Below are positions 36,622 to 49,495 of a stretch of 64,000 nucleotides of DNA, one piece after another. The stretch covers positions 8,060,001-8,124,000 of the forward strand of contig NC_086108.1 of assembly GCF_963921235.1 (NCBI RefSeq), read 5' to 3'. The notes under the pieces were generated by a model. That model saw nothing but the letters and a program-made list of their open reading frames with translations, had not been told where the DNA came from and did not search any database. The DNA is from Mobula hypostoma. Its lineage: Eukaryota. Position 1 is the stretch's first letter; each line of letters opens with the position of its first letter. Both the position numbers and the translations under genes were made by a program.

Positions 36622-37318
36622 GAATTATTCCAAAAAGCACAGTTAATTTATTAGGTTGTAGATTAATTTTAAGTGCTTTAGAAATTGTTGAAAAAACCGA
36701 CTTCCAGAACTGTTCCAATATAGAACAAGACCAAAACATATGGTCTTAACATATTAACTGTGCTTTTTGGAATAATTCCTCAAAATATTCATGGTATCTC
36801 TGTGTCTGACCAACATGTTATTGCATTTGTTACATTGATAGCTAGGAAGGCCATTTTGTTGAAGTGGAAGGATGTATCAGCTCCCACTTTGTCACAATGG
36901 TTCTCTCAAGTGATGCTATGTCTTAGTTTGGAGAAAATTAGAAGTTGAACCTTTGAACCTTTATTTGATTTTGAGAAAAGATGGAGCTCATTTGCTTGTT
37001 ATTATCATTTGAGTTAGTTGATAGAATTTTTCCACAATCTAATTGTAAATTTTTTGAGTATATTTTCTTTTCTTGCTGGCGGTTTGATGTTTATTTTTAG
37101 AAGCTTTTTGTGTGACGCATGAATCTGGGGTTGTACACCTAATGGGTTCTTTTTTTTCCTCACTTTTCTGCTTAGTAGGTTTTTTTTGTTATCACAAAAT
37201 CTTTTTTTTTCAATCCTTAAGATAATGTCTTTTTTGAGACATTGTAAGTGTTGTTACTTCAATGTACTCATGTTATTTTTTTTTGTATAATATAACAATA
37301 AAAAGATTTGAAAAGGAA
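36622..37318 (+). mobile_element. Short L1-clade insertion with a 5' inversion
   Basis: 15-bp TSD GATACAAGCGCTGGG (36607-36621, 37319-37333). 36622-36743 is antisense ORF2; from 36753 it is sense ORF2 end, 3' UTR and AATAAA. Confidence 0.88.
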
Positions 37319-37714
37319 GATACAAGCGCTGGGTCAGATTGAGAAGGTCAATCAAAGGTCAAAGGGCCGGACTGGCATTTGGTTTGCTACTTGGCGAGGT
37401 TTGCTCATCTCTGTGCTGAACTGAAGTTGTGACCAGCAACTAGCAGGCTCCTGAATTGGCTGCAGCGTCGACTGGCCTCGTGGCTGGGGACTCACTTCCG
37501 TTCTGAATGTTATTTGCCTACTCTTATCGTTTGCATGATTTGTTTTTTTTTTCTTGCTGCACATTGGGTGTTTGATGGTCTTCTGTCTTTTTAATGGATT
37601 TGTTGCTCTGTGGCTGCCTGTAAGGAGACAAATCTCAAGGTTTCTTAAACTTTGAACCTTGCATCAAAGACCAACACAGGACAAGGATATGCTGGGGGCG
37701 ACCCGTAAGTGTCA

Positions 37715-38085
37715 CGGTGGTGTCTGAAAAGAGGATGCTGTCCAAGTCGCATGCCATCTTGGTCAAGGTCTTCCATCCACTACATAATGTACTGGTTGGG
37801 CACAGGAGTACATTCAGCCAGAGACTCATTCCACTGAGATGCAACACAGAGCGTCATAGGAAGTCATTCCTGTCTGTGGCCATCAAACTTTACAACTCCT
37901 CCCTTGGAGGGTCAGACACCCTGAGCCTATAGGTCCTGGACTTATTTCATAATTTACTGGCATAATTTACATATTACTATTTAATTATTTATGGTTCTAT
38001 TACTATTTATTATTTATGGTGCAACTGTAACGAAAACCAATTTCCCCCAGGATCAATAAAGTATAACTATGACTATGACTACGAC
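37715..38085 (+). mobile_element. Rex1/Babar-type 3' fragment (different subfamily)
   Basis: HPLH...RCNTERHRKSFLSVAIKLYN; AATAAA and an (ACTATG)n tail. Confidence 0.7.
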
Positions 38086-38504
38086 CAAGTTTTGAAGTTC
38101 AAAGTACACTTATTATTTAAGCATGTACACTAAGTACAACTTTGAGATTGCACTTTGACTTTTGTATTTAAGGCAGAGATTGGTAAGGTTGACATTTCGG
38201 GCTGAATACTTTTTTTCCATAGATGCTGCCTGGCCTGCTGAGTTGCTCCAGTATTTTGTGTGGGTGCTTGGATTTCCAGCATCTGCAGGTTTTCTCTTGT
38301 TTGTGGAGAGATTGGTAGGTGCTTGGTTAGTCAGGAGGTTAAGGGTTATGGGAAAAAACAGGAGAATGGAATTTAAAAAATCAGCCTCCACTCAGTGTTA
38401 GTTGTCACCTCGGCATTTTTGTCTGTGTTACTTCAGACTGCATGGCAGTCTCTGCACTGCTCTGTCGTTCTGTGTTCATCACTGTGTCTATTATTACCTT
38501 GTAC

Positions 38505-38805
38505 TCTGCTTAGCTCCCCCTTCTCCACCCCGATCAGGGTCATGTGGAGCCACGGGATCAGGTGGTGGGTGTTTGTATGAGCAGCCGGTGCAGATCACAA
38601 GTCCTGGTTACGCGACCACTGACGCCAGGCAGACAATCTCTGAAGAGTTTTGATAATGGCTGGGGTCACCCGACTTGTAAAGACACTGCCCAGAAGAAGG
38701 CAATGGAAAACCACTTCTGTAGAAAAATTTGCCGAGAACTATCACGGTCATGGAAAGACCACGACTGCCTACATCGTACGACACGGCGCATAATGGCGAT
38801 GTAAT
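38505..38805 (+). mobile_element. RTE/BovB-type SINE-like element (family A)
   Basis: GAAGAAGGCAATGGAAAACCACTTCTGTAG; homologous to the other two copies. Confidence 0.65.
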
Positions 38806-39089
38806 ACGACACGAGACATAACGAACGAACACTGTTTACTCTGTGGGCTTCACGTGAGCAAGTACACTTCATCGCAGCCTGTTGCACGTGACAATAATAA
38901 CCCCCCCCCCCGATTTAATCTTTGCCTAATCACAGGTCCGTTTACAGTGACTAATTAACCCATTAACTGGTACGTCTTTGGGCTGTGGGAGGAACCTAGG
39001 GCACCTGGGGGAAACCCACCCATTCCACAGGGAGAATTTACAAACTCCTTACAGTGGACTCTGATCTCCATCACCTTCAAGTGTAATAG

Positions 39090-39390
39090 CTTCCTTCCTT
39101 TTTGGCCCTTTACCTTTTCCACCTATCATCTCCCAGCTTCTCACTTCATTCCCCCAGCATCCCCACTCACCTACCTTCCCCCTCACCTGTCACCTGCCAG
39201 CTCGTACTCCTCCCCTCCCCCACCTTTTCATTCTGGCTTCTTCCCTCTTCCTTTCCGGTCCTGAAGAAGAGTCCCGCCCCAAGATGTCACTGTTTATTCA
39301 TCTCCATAGACGCTGCCTGACCTGCTGAGTTCCGCCAGCATTTTGTGCTCTGGATTTCCAACATCTACAGAGATTCTTGTGTTTATGACT
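39090..39390 (+). mobile_element. Penelope-like terminal-repeat fragment
   Basis: Pyrimidine-rich segment, decayed hammerhead, then GACGCTGCCTGACCTGCTGAGTTCC. Confidence 0.7.
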
Positions 39391-39529
39391 GAAGCCAATT
39401 CTTGTAGCTAGTGTTCCCACCTTGGCTTGGGCACCTGGTCACTGAGACAGACACCAGAAACAACCTCGATTTCTGTAAACTGACTGTGGGGTCAGTAAAT
39501 GTAAAGTTAAACTGTAATTTACTTACTAT

Positions 39530-40780
39530 CCAAAGTTCAAAGTAAATTTTATTATCAAAGTATGTATACATCACATATAGAACCCTGAGACTCATTTTCT
39601 TGCAGACATTCACAGGAAAATAAAGAAATACAATAGAATTTATGAAAAACTATACATAAATAAGGACTGACAATGTGCAGAAGACAAATTGTGAAAATAA
39701 TAAATAAATAATATTGAGAACATCAGTTGTAGAGTCCTTGAAAGTGAGTCCATAGGTTGTGGAGTCAGTTCAGAGGTGAGTGAAGTTATCCACACTGGTT
39801 CAGGAGCCTGATGGTTGTGGGGTAATAACTGTTCCTGAACCTGGTGGTGTGGGACCTGAGGCTCATTGTGGTGAGTGAAGTTACCCACACTGGTTCAGGA
39901 GTCTGATGGTCGTGGGGTAATAACTGTTCCTGAACCTGGTGGTGTGGGACCTGAGGCTCATTGTGGTGAGTGAAGTTACCCACACTGGTTCAGGAGCCTG
40001 ATGGTCGTGGGGTAATAACTGTTCCTGAACCTGGTGGTGTGGGACCTGAGGCTCATTGTGGTGAGTGAAGTTATCCACACCGGTTCAGGAGCCTGATGGT
40101 TGTGGGGTAATAACTGTTCCTGAACCTGGTGGTGTGGGACCTGAGGCTCATTGTGGTGAGTGAAGTTATCCACACTGGTCCAGGAGCCTGATGGTTGTGG
40201 GGTGATAACTGTTCCTGAACCTGGTGGTGTGGGACCTGAGGCTCATTGTGGTGAGTGAAGTTATCCACACCGGTTCAGGAGCCTGGTGGTTGTGGGGTAA
40301 CAACTGTTCCTGAACCTGGTGGTGTGGGACCTGAGGCTCATTGTGGTGAGTGAAGTTATCCACACTGGTTCAGGAGCCTGATGGTTGTGGGGTGATAACT
40401 ATTCCTGAACCTGGTGGTGTGGGACCTGAGACCCTTGTACCTCCTGCCTGATGACAGCAGTGAGAAGAGAGCATGGCCTGGGTGGTGGGGATCTCTGATG
40501 ATGGATGCTGCTGTCCTATGACAGCATTTCATGTCGATGTGTTCAATGGTTGGGAGGGCTTCACCCATGATGTACTGTGCCGAATCTTTTTGTAGGATTT
40601 TCCATTCAAAGACAGTGGTGTTTCCATACCAGGCTGTGATGCAGCCAGTCAAAACACTCTCCACTACACATCTGGAGAAGTTTCCAAAGGTTTTTGTTGT
40701 CAAGCCAAATTTTTGCTGACTCTTGAGGAAGTACAGGTGTTGCAGTGCTTTCTTCACAATTGCACTTACAACATGGGTCT
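39530..40780 (-). mobile_element. Rex1/Babar 3' fragment hosting array 3
   Basis: ORF 40356-40757 (ESVLTGCITAWYGN...DPHHPGHALFSLL) then array, then 3' UTR. Confidence 0.88.
39775..40430 (-). repeat. 95-bp tandem array 3 (~7 units)
   Basis: Period of 95 from 39786 to 40356. Runs directly into Rex1 ORF 40356-40757. Confidence 0.97.
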
Positions 40781-40934
40781 AGGACAATACAATAGGGGAT
40801 CTTAGACAAGGCACCTGAATGTGCAGGGGATGGAGCGAAAAGGACATTGTATTTGGGAAAGGATTAGTGCAGGAATAATGGGCTGAATGGCCTGTTTTGT
40901 GCTGCAATATTCCAGGTTCTAAGTTTCCTTTGCA

Positions 40935-41455
40935 GCACACACAAAATGCAGGAGGAACTCAGCAGGTCAGGCAGCATCTGTGGAAATGAATAAACAGTCG
41001 ACGTTTCGGGCTGAGACCCTCCAACAGGACTGAGAAGGAAGAGGGGAGATGCCAGGATAAAAAGGTGGGGTGGGGGAGGAAGAGGCTAGCTGGAAAGTGA
41101 TGGGTGAACCCTGATGCGTGGAAAAGACCAGGCTGAAGAAAAGGGAATCTGAGAGGAGAGAGGAGGGGACTGTAGGCAAAAGGGAGGAGGAGGGACCCAG
41201 AGGAAAGTTATAGGCAGTGAGAAAAGATAAAAGTAGGGAACAGAAGAAGTAGGGAGGGGGATGGAATTTTTTTTATCAGAAGAAGTTGATGTTCATGTCA
41301 TCAGGTTGGAGGCTATGCAGGTGGAATGTAAGGTGTTACTCCTTCACCCTGAGGGTGGCCTCATTGTGGCACAAGAGGAGGCCACGGACCAACATGTTGG
41401 AACAGGAATGGGAATTAAAATGTTTGGTCACTGGGAAGTTCTGCTTTCAACAGAT
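40935..41455 (-). mobile_element. Penelope-like element 3' fragment
   Basis: Homologous to 45890-46400; hammerhead with a mutated core at about 40995-41031. Confidence 0.75.
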
Positions 41456-41459
41456 GGAG

Positions 41460-43630
41460 ACCCCAAGGTGGTGCAAAGGTCACAAAAGGAAGAGAGTGCA
41501 GATGAATGAGTGTCTGAGGAGATGGTGCAAGGGAAAGGGTTTCAAGTTCTTGGATCATAGGAACCTTTTCTGGGGAAGGGGTGACTTGCACAAGTGGGAC
41601 GGGTTGCACCTGAACTGGAGGGGAAACCAATATCCTGGGAGATAGGTTTGCTAATGCTATTGGGGAAGGTTTAAACTAGATTTGCAGGGGGCTGAGAACT
41701 GAAGTGAAGAGGCAGAGGATGGTGTGGTTGACTCACAAGTAGAGACAGTTTGAAGGGAGTTTGTGAGGAAGGACAGGCAGATGATAGAGCAAAGGTACAC
41801 TCAGCCAGATGGTTTGAGATGTGTCTATTTTAATGCAAGGAGTATCATAAACAAGGCCGGATGAATTTAGAGTGTGGATCAATACGTGGAACTATGATGT
41901 TGTGGCCATTACAGAGACTTGCATGGAGTTGGAGGAGGTAGCAGTAGTACTTAATGAATACTTCGCTTCAGTGTTCACCAGAATAGGAACTTGGCAATTA
42001 TGGGGATGACTTGCAGTGGATTGAAACATTTGAGCATATAGACATCAAGAAAGAGTATGTGCTGGAGCTTTTGAAAACCATTAAGTTAGATAAATAGCCA
42101 GAACCGGAAGAGATGTACCCCAGGCTACTGTGGGAAGCGAGGGGGGAAGATTGCTGAGCCTCTGGCAATGAACTTTACATCATAAAAGGGGATGGGCGAA
42201 GTACTAGAGGATTGGAGGATTACAAATGTTGTTCCCTTGCTCAAGAAAAGGAGTAGAGATAACCCAGGAAATTATAGACCAGTGAGTCTTACTTCAGTCG
42301 TTGGCAAGTTGTTGGAGAAGATCCTGAGAGGCAGTACTTACGAGCATTTGGAGAGACGTAATCTGATTTGGGATAGTCAGCACGGCTTTGTCAAGGGCTG
42401 GTCATGCCTTTGAATTCTTACAAGAAGTAACAAAACACATTGATGAAGGTAGAGCAGTGGATGTAATGTATATGGATTTCAATAAGGCATTTGATAAGGT
42501 CCTCCTTGCAAGGGCTCATTCAGAAAGCAAGGAGGCATGGGATCCAAGGGACCTTGCTTTGTGAATCCAGAACTGGCTAGTTCACAGAAGGCAAAGAGTG
42601 GTTGTAGATGGTTCGTATTCTGCATGGAGGTTGGTGACCAGTGGTGTTCCACAGGGATCTGTTCTGGGTGATTTCCTCTTTGTGATTTTTATAAATGACC
42701 TGGAAGAGGAAGTAGACGTATGGGTTAGTAAGTTTGCTGATGACACAAGAGTTGAGGGTGTTATGGATAGTCTGAAGGGGTGTCAGAGATTACAAGGGGG
42801 AAATTGATAGGGTGCAGAACTGGGCTGGAAAGTGGCAGATGGAGTTCAACCCAAATAAGTATGAAGTGATTCATTTTGGCAGGTCAAATTTGAAAACAGA
42901 ATATAATATTAATGGTAAGATTCTTGGCAGAGTGGAGGATCAGAGAGATCTTGGGGTCCATATCCATAGGACGCTCAAAGCTGCTGCACAGGTTGACAGT
43001 GTTGTTAAGTAAGCTTATGATATGTTGGCCTTCATCAGCCATGGGATTGAGTTCAAGAGCTGTAATGTTACAGCTATATAAGACCTTAGTTAGACCCCAC
43101 TTGGGGTACTGTGTTCATTTTTGGTCACCTCACTACAGGAAGGATGTGGATGCTATAGAGAGTGCAGAGGAGATTTACACGGATGTTGCCTGGATTGGGG
43201 AGCATGCCTTATGAAAATAGTTTGAGTGTACTTGGCCTTTTCTCCTTGGAGCGACGGAGGATGAGAGGTGATCTGATAGAGGTGTATAAGATGAGAAGCA
43301 TTGGTCATATGGATAACCATAGGCTTTTTCCCAGGGTTGAAATGGCTAACAGGAGGGGGCATAGCTTTAAGGTGCTTGGAAGTAAGTATAAGGGGGATGT
43401 CAGAGGTAAGTTTTTCATACAGAGCGGTGGGCATGTGGAATGCACTGCTAGTGACAGTGGTGGAAGTGGATACAACAGGGCCTTTTAAGAGACTTTTAGA
43501 TAGGTACATGGAGCTTAGAAAAATAAAGGGCTTTGCAGTAGGGAAATTCTAGGCAGTTTCTAGAGCATGTTACATGGTTGGCACAATGTCGTGCGCCGAA
43601 GGGCCTGTAATGTGCTGTAGGTTTCTATGC
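41460..43630 (+). mobile_element. Degenerate, internally deleted CR1
   Basis: ORF1 end (WDGLHLN) and ORF2 motifs NYRPVSLTS, SGVPQGSVLG, KFADD, LVRPHL. Confidence 0.9.
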
Positions 43631-43924
43631 TCAGTGTGGTGGTTACTTTGCTTTCTGAGCACTCAGAGTTCCGGGACTCCGGTTCAAATCATACCCAGGA
43701 ACTGAAGTTCAATTGCAGTTCAGACTAGAACGGCCGAGATGGTCTGTTTCCGTGCTGTAATTGTTATATGGTTATATGGTTCAACAAAGAAAATAAGAAG
43801 CTCGGTTCTTTTTCCAAATGAAGCTAACCTCTCTAATGGTGAACATGGACTTGATGGATTTTAATAAAAGCCCATTGGGTTCAGTAATATCCTTCAGAGG
43901 AGAAAATATGTCACCCTTCACTGA

Positions 43925-44342
43925 TGCCCGCAAGAGGACCACAGCCTTGTCATCGTTTGGAGGCTTGTGTGCCTTAATGACCCAGAGAGCTATGTTGGCT
44001 GGAGTCAGGGCTTTATGCTTTGGCTCCTGGTAGGGTCACCCATGTCAAACAGGTCAAAGGGTAGAGGCCAGACTAAGAGTGGTCACTGGTCCTTCAGGTT
44101 CGGGGGTTCAGCTCAGGGCTAGCAATCCTGACTGGTCAAACAAAATGGTTACAGAAACAGCAATGAAGACTCCTTCTACATCTGAGTGTGACGGTATTCC
44201 TGAGTCTCCACCCAGAAATTGCGTGACTGACAGTAGTGAAAACCGAGAGGAAGCTACTGACATGATGAAGGAAGCCCTGAACACCACCAGAGATGGAGGA
44301 CCTTCATTGCTGCCCTAAACACCGGTGGCGTAACAGGCAGGA
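43925..44342 (+). mobile_element. RTE/Expander-derived element (family B), longest copy
   Basis: Homologous to the other family B copies. Confidence 0.65.
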
Positions 44343-44509
44343 AGTTCCCTGGCGTGGCCTGTTTGTACCTCATCGAGGGGTCAACGGTGGAAAGTGTGAG
44401 CAGCTTCAAGTTCCTGGGCATCAGCATCCCAGAGGATCTATCCTGGGACCATCCCACTGATGTGTTGTTTCTTTGTGTATTGGGTGTTTGATGTTTTGTT
44501 TGAATGGGT

Positions 44510-46410
44510 TCCATTTCCTCCCAAAGATACAGAAGCCTGACTGTCCCGGTAGACCCATAGTTTCTGCCTGCTCCTGTCCCACTGAACTAGTATCTGCCTA
44601 CCTGGACTCCATTTTGTCACCCATAGTTCAGTCCCTCCCCACCTACATCCGGGATACATCCCATGCCCTCCACCTCTTCAATAACTTCCAGTTCCCCGGT
44701 CCCAACCGCTTCATTTTCACTATGGATGTCCAATCCTTATACACCTCCATTCCCCATCAAGAAAGCCTCAAAGCCCTCCGCTACTTCCTGGATAATAGAC
44801 CTCACCAGTTCCCCACCACTACCACCCTCCTCCGTTGGTTCTCACACTTAATAACTTCTCTTTTGGCTCTTCCCACTTTCTTCAGACTAAGGGTGTAGCT
44901 ATGGGAACTCACATGGGACCCAGCTATGCCTGCCTCTTCGTTGGTTATGTGGAACAGTCTGTGCTCCAAACCTATTCCGGTACTGCTCCCCAACTTTTCC
45001 TTCGGTACATTGACGACTACATTGGTGCTGCTTCCTGCACCCATGCTGAGCTCGTCAATTTCATCGACTTTACTTCAAACTTCCACCCAGCCCTCAAATT
45101 CACTTGGTCCATCTCGGACACTTCTCTCCCCTTTCTCGATCTCTCGGTCTCCATCTCTGGAGATAAACTGTCCACTGACATCTTCTACAAGCCCACTGAC
45201 TCTCATAACTACCTCGACTATACCTCTTCCCAACCCACCACATGCAAAAATGCCATTCCCTTTTCCCAGCTCCTCCGTCTCCGCCGCATCTGCTCGCAGG
45301 ATAAGACTTTCCGTTCCAGGACATCTCAAATGTCCTCTTTCTTTAAGGATCGTGGTTTCCCTTCTACCATCATCAATGATGCCCTCACCCGCATCTCCTC
45401 CATTTCCCGCACTTCGGCCCTCACCCCATCCTCCCGCAAACACAACAGGGACAGAGTTCCCGTTGTCCTCACCTACCACCCCACCAGCCTCCGGATCCAG
45501 CACATTATCCTCCGCAGCTTCCACCACCTTCAACAGGACCCCCACCACTAAGCACATCTTTCACTCTCCACCCCTCTCCGCTTTCCGCAGGGATCGGTCC
45601 CTCCGCGACTCCCTTATCCGCACATCCATCCCCACTGATCTCCCACCCAGCACTTATCCCTGTAAGCGCAAGTGCTACACTTGTCCCTACACCTCATCTC
45701 TTGCAACCATTCAGGGCCCCAAACAGTCCTTCCAGGTGAGGCAACACTTCACTTGTGAGTCTATTGGGGTCATCTATTGCATCCGGTGCTCCCGGTGCGG
45801 CCTCCTTTACATCGGTGAAACCTGACGCAGATTGGGGGACCGTTTCGTCGAGCACCTCCGCTCCGTCCGCCACAACAGACAGGATCTCCCGGTAGCCACC
45901 CACTTCAACTCTGCTTCCTAGTCCCATTCAGATATGTCCATACATGGCCTCCTCTACTGCCATGATGAGGCTAAACTCAGGTTGGAGGAGCAACACCGCA
46001 TATACTGTCTAGGTAGTCTCCAGCCCCTTGGTATGAACATAGAATTCTCCAACTTCCAGTAATTCCCTTCCCCTCCCTTCCTCTATCCCTATTTCACCCT
46101 CCCCCTCCCCCAGCTGCCTATCACCTCCCTCATGGTTCCGCCTCCTTCTACTACCCATTGTTTTCAGGGCTATGACCTCAATGCTTCCCCTCCCCCACCC
46201 CTTTGTCTTTCAAATTACTGGTCTTTCAAGTGAAGCTACAAGCATTCTTCAAATCCTTCCCCATCTTTCATTCTTCAGTCCTGACGAAGGGTTCCGGCCC
46301 GAAACGTCGACTCATCGTTTCTGACTGATGCTGCCCGACCTGCTGAGTTCGTCCAGCGCACTGAAAGTGTTGCTTTGATCTTTTACAGCATCTGCAGATT
46401 ATTTGGTGTT
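44510..46410 (+). mobile_element. 5'-truncated Penelope-like element (RT plus GIY-YIG endonuclease)
   Basis: LPKIQKPDCPGRPIVS, MDVQSLYTSIPH, GVAMGTHMGPSYA, LRYIDD, GVIYCIRCSRCGLLYIGET. Frameshifts and stops present. Terminal repeat region carries a hammerhead. Confidence 0.93.
46277..46312 (+). ncRNA. Minimal type I hammerhead ribozyme motif
   Basis: AGTC-CTGACGA-A-GGGT(TCCG)GCCC-GAAA-CG-TC-GACT. Stem I AGTC/GACT, intact core, 4-bp stem II, palindromic ACGT in place of stem III. Predicted cut after C46308. Confidence 0.8.
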
Positions 46411-46683
46411 TTGACTGGGTTCCATGGTGTTGCTTTGCATCGTGACTGTCTGTGTGAAGATGAATCATGGGGTTGTATACCGTATACATACTTCGATCAT
46501 GAATGTACTTAGAAGTTTGATGCAATCAGGAAAAATGCGCGTTGGTTGTGCTTCATTAGGAGTTTGGTATGTCACTAAAGACGCCCACAGATTTCTGCAG
46601 ATGTACCCTGGAGAGCATTCTGATGGGTTGCATCACCGTCTGGTATGGGAACTCCAATGCCCTGATCACAATAGGCTACAAAG

Positions 46684-46760
46684 GGCACCACGATACCGTA
46701 GTGGTTAGCGCAACGCTGTTACAGCTCTGGGCGTGGGAGTCTGGAGATCAATTCCAACAT
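46684..46760 (+). mobile_element. tRNA-derived SINE head
   Basis: A-box-like GTAGTGGTTAGC and B-box-like GGAGATCAATTCC. Related pieces near 33500-33720, 48700-48790 and 49850-50000. Confidence 0.45.
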
Positions 46761-47254
46761 CATCCCGAGCACATACATGCTGGGCAAGGCAAATGGTCAG
46801 TCGGCTTCTGGGCTGCCACAATCTCCAGTGGTCAGTGGTCACCGCGGCAGTGTGTACCCTATCGCCAAACTTGGGGTGTGGCGGGCTAGTGGATGGGGGT
46901 CTGGAGGGGAATAGGGAAGCGGAGGAAAGATGGGATGGAAGGAAGAAGAGTGAAAAGGAAAGGGAGGAAGGGAGGTGAAGAAGAGAGGGAAAGGGGAGAC
47001 GGGGGGGAGGGGAGAGGGTATTGAGTACAGGAGATGGGGTCAGCAAGTATGTGCATGTGGGATCTGACTGAGATCAGTTTCTCATCGTATACACCGGGTG
47101 CAATAAAATTCCCTGCTGGTGTGAAGCTCACTAAATAAACAGCAGATGTGGTGATGATAATTACAACAATAAAGACAGCGGCGAACACAAAACAACAGAA
47201 TGGTGAGGAGACTGCAGTACAGTGTCAGACAGAGCAAACAGAAATGCTTACATA

Positions 47255-48090
47255 CGGCCATTAGATACAGGAGCAGAATGAGACCATTTGGCCCATCGAA
47301 TCTGCTCCACCATTTCATCCTGGCTGATCCATTTCCCTCTCATCCCCAGTCTCCTGCCTCCTCCCTGTACTAATCAAGAAACTATCAACCTCTGCCTTGA
47401 ATATGCAGTACCCAATGATTTGGCCTCCACAGCTGCCTGTACTGACAAATTCCACAGATTTACCACGCTCTGGCTAAAGAAATTCCTCCTCATCTCTGTT
47501 CTAAAGCAATGCCACTCTATTCTGAGGCTGCCTCTTCTAGTCTCAAACACCCCCCACCATAGCAAACATCCTCTCTACATCCACTTTATCAAGGCCTTTC
47601 AACATTCGATAGGTTTCAGTGAGGTCACCCCTCATTCTTCTGAATTCCAGTGAGTACAGGCCCAGGGCCATCAAATGCTCCTCCTATGACAAGCCTTTCA
47701 ATCCTGGAATCATTTTCATGGACCTCCTTTAAAGCCTCTCCAATGCCAGCACGTCCTTTCTCAGATAAGGGGCCCAAAACTTCTCATAATAAAACTCCAA
47801 GGTGAGGCCTCACCGGTGCTTTATAAAGCCTCAACATTACATCCTTGCGTTTATATTCTAGTCCTCTCAAGGTGAATGCTCACCATGGACCCAACCTGCA
47901 AATTGACCTTTCGGGAATTCTGCGTGAAGACTCCCAAGTCCCTTTGTACCTCAGGATTTTGAATTTTCCCACCATTTCGAAATAAGTCTACGCTTTTATT
48001 TCTTCTACCAAAGTGCACAACCATACAGCTCCTGACATTGTACTCAATCTGCCATTTCTTTGCCCCTTCTCCTAACCTGTCTAAGTGACC
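47255..48090 (-). mobile_element. CR1 3' fragment
   Basis: KKWQIEYN...VVHFGR, RDLGV, TEMRRNFFSQ. Confidence 0.88.
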
Positions 48091-48299
48091 GTGTGAGAAC
48101 AAAACACCAGCACCGGGAAGGGGATGTGAATGGGGGCATGAAACAGGCGACTGGTTCAGCAGGCTGCTATGTCAGGGTCAAAGTAAATTTATCACCAAAG
48201 TACATACGTGTTACCATATACAACCCTAACATTCATTTTCTTACAGGAAAATAAAGAAGTACAATAGAATTTATGAAAAACTATACATTTTTAAACCTC

Positions 48300-48615
48300 C
48301 GAGAGAACCACAACCTTGTGGTGGGGTTTACCCGGAGAGCTATGTTGGCTGGAGTCAGGGCTTGTGTTTTGTCTCTTGGTAGGGTCACCCATGCCAAACA
48401 GGTCAAAGGGTAGAGGCCAGACTGAGAGTGGTCCACCAGCCCTCCAGGTTCGGGGGTTCAGCTCAGGGCTAACAACCCTGACTGGTCAATCAAAATTATT
48501 ACAGAAACAGCAATGCAGAATCCTCCTACATCTGTGTGCGAGGGCATGGCCAGGGAGAGACAGAGATAGGGGACCTTTATGGCTGCCCAAAGTGTCATCA
48601 GCTTAACCTCAGTAA
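48300..48615 (+). mobile_element. RTE/Expander-derived element (family B)
   Basis: Homologous to the other family B copies. Confidence 0.65.
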
Positions 48616-48914
48616 ATACAAATAGCAAAGATAGACAAATAACCAATGTGCAAAAGAGAACAAACTGTATCAATAATAAAAAATATATATTTTGGGGGGT
48701 GGCATGGTAATGTGGTGGTCAGCATAATGCTATCTCAGTGTCATCAACCCTGGTTCAGTTCTCACCAGTGTCTGTAAGGAGCTTCTCCCCAAAGACATTT
48801 CAACCATTTTCGGGTTAGTAGGATAATTGCCCATGTGGGGTAATTGGGCATTGCAGGCTGTTATCAAGTTGTATCTCCAGATAAAAATAAATATGATATA
48901 ATAAATAACAACAG

Positions 48915-49495
48915 TAGATGGGATGTTATGTTGAAGTTGTATAAGACGTTGGAGAGGTCTAATTTGGAATATTGAGTGCAGTTCTGGTCACCTGTCTACA
49001 AGAAAAATAAAAATAAGGTTGAAAGAGTACAGAGAAAATTTACAAGGATGTTGCCAGGACTGGAGGGCCTGAGTTATGAGGGAAGATTGGATAGGTTAGG
49101 ATTTTATTCCTTGAAACATAGAAGATTGAGGGGAGATTTGATCAAGGTATACAAAATTATGAGGGGTATAGATAGGGTAAATGTAAGCAGGTTTTTTCTG
49201 CTGAGGTTGGGCGGGACGACAACTAGAGCTCATGGGCTAAGGGTGAAAGGTGAAAAGTTCAAGAGGAACACGCGGGGAAACCTCAAAAGGGTGGTGAGAG
49301 TGTGGAACGAGCTGCCAGCACCAGTGGTGCACATGAGCTGGATTTCAATGTTTGAGAGAAGTTCAGATGGGTACACGGACAGTCCGGATATGGAGGACTA
49401 TGGTCCCAGTGCAGGTCGATAGGAGTAGGCAGTTTAAATGATTTTTCATGGGCCAAAGGGCCTGTTTTTTTTGTCGTACTTTACTGTGACTCTAT
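48915..49495 (+). mobile_element. CR1 3' fragment
   Basis: ORF 48976-49422 QFWSP...FTRMLPGL...RGDLI. Confidence 0.88.
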
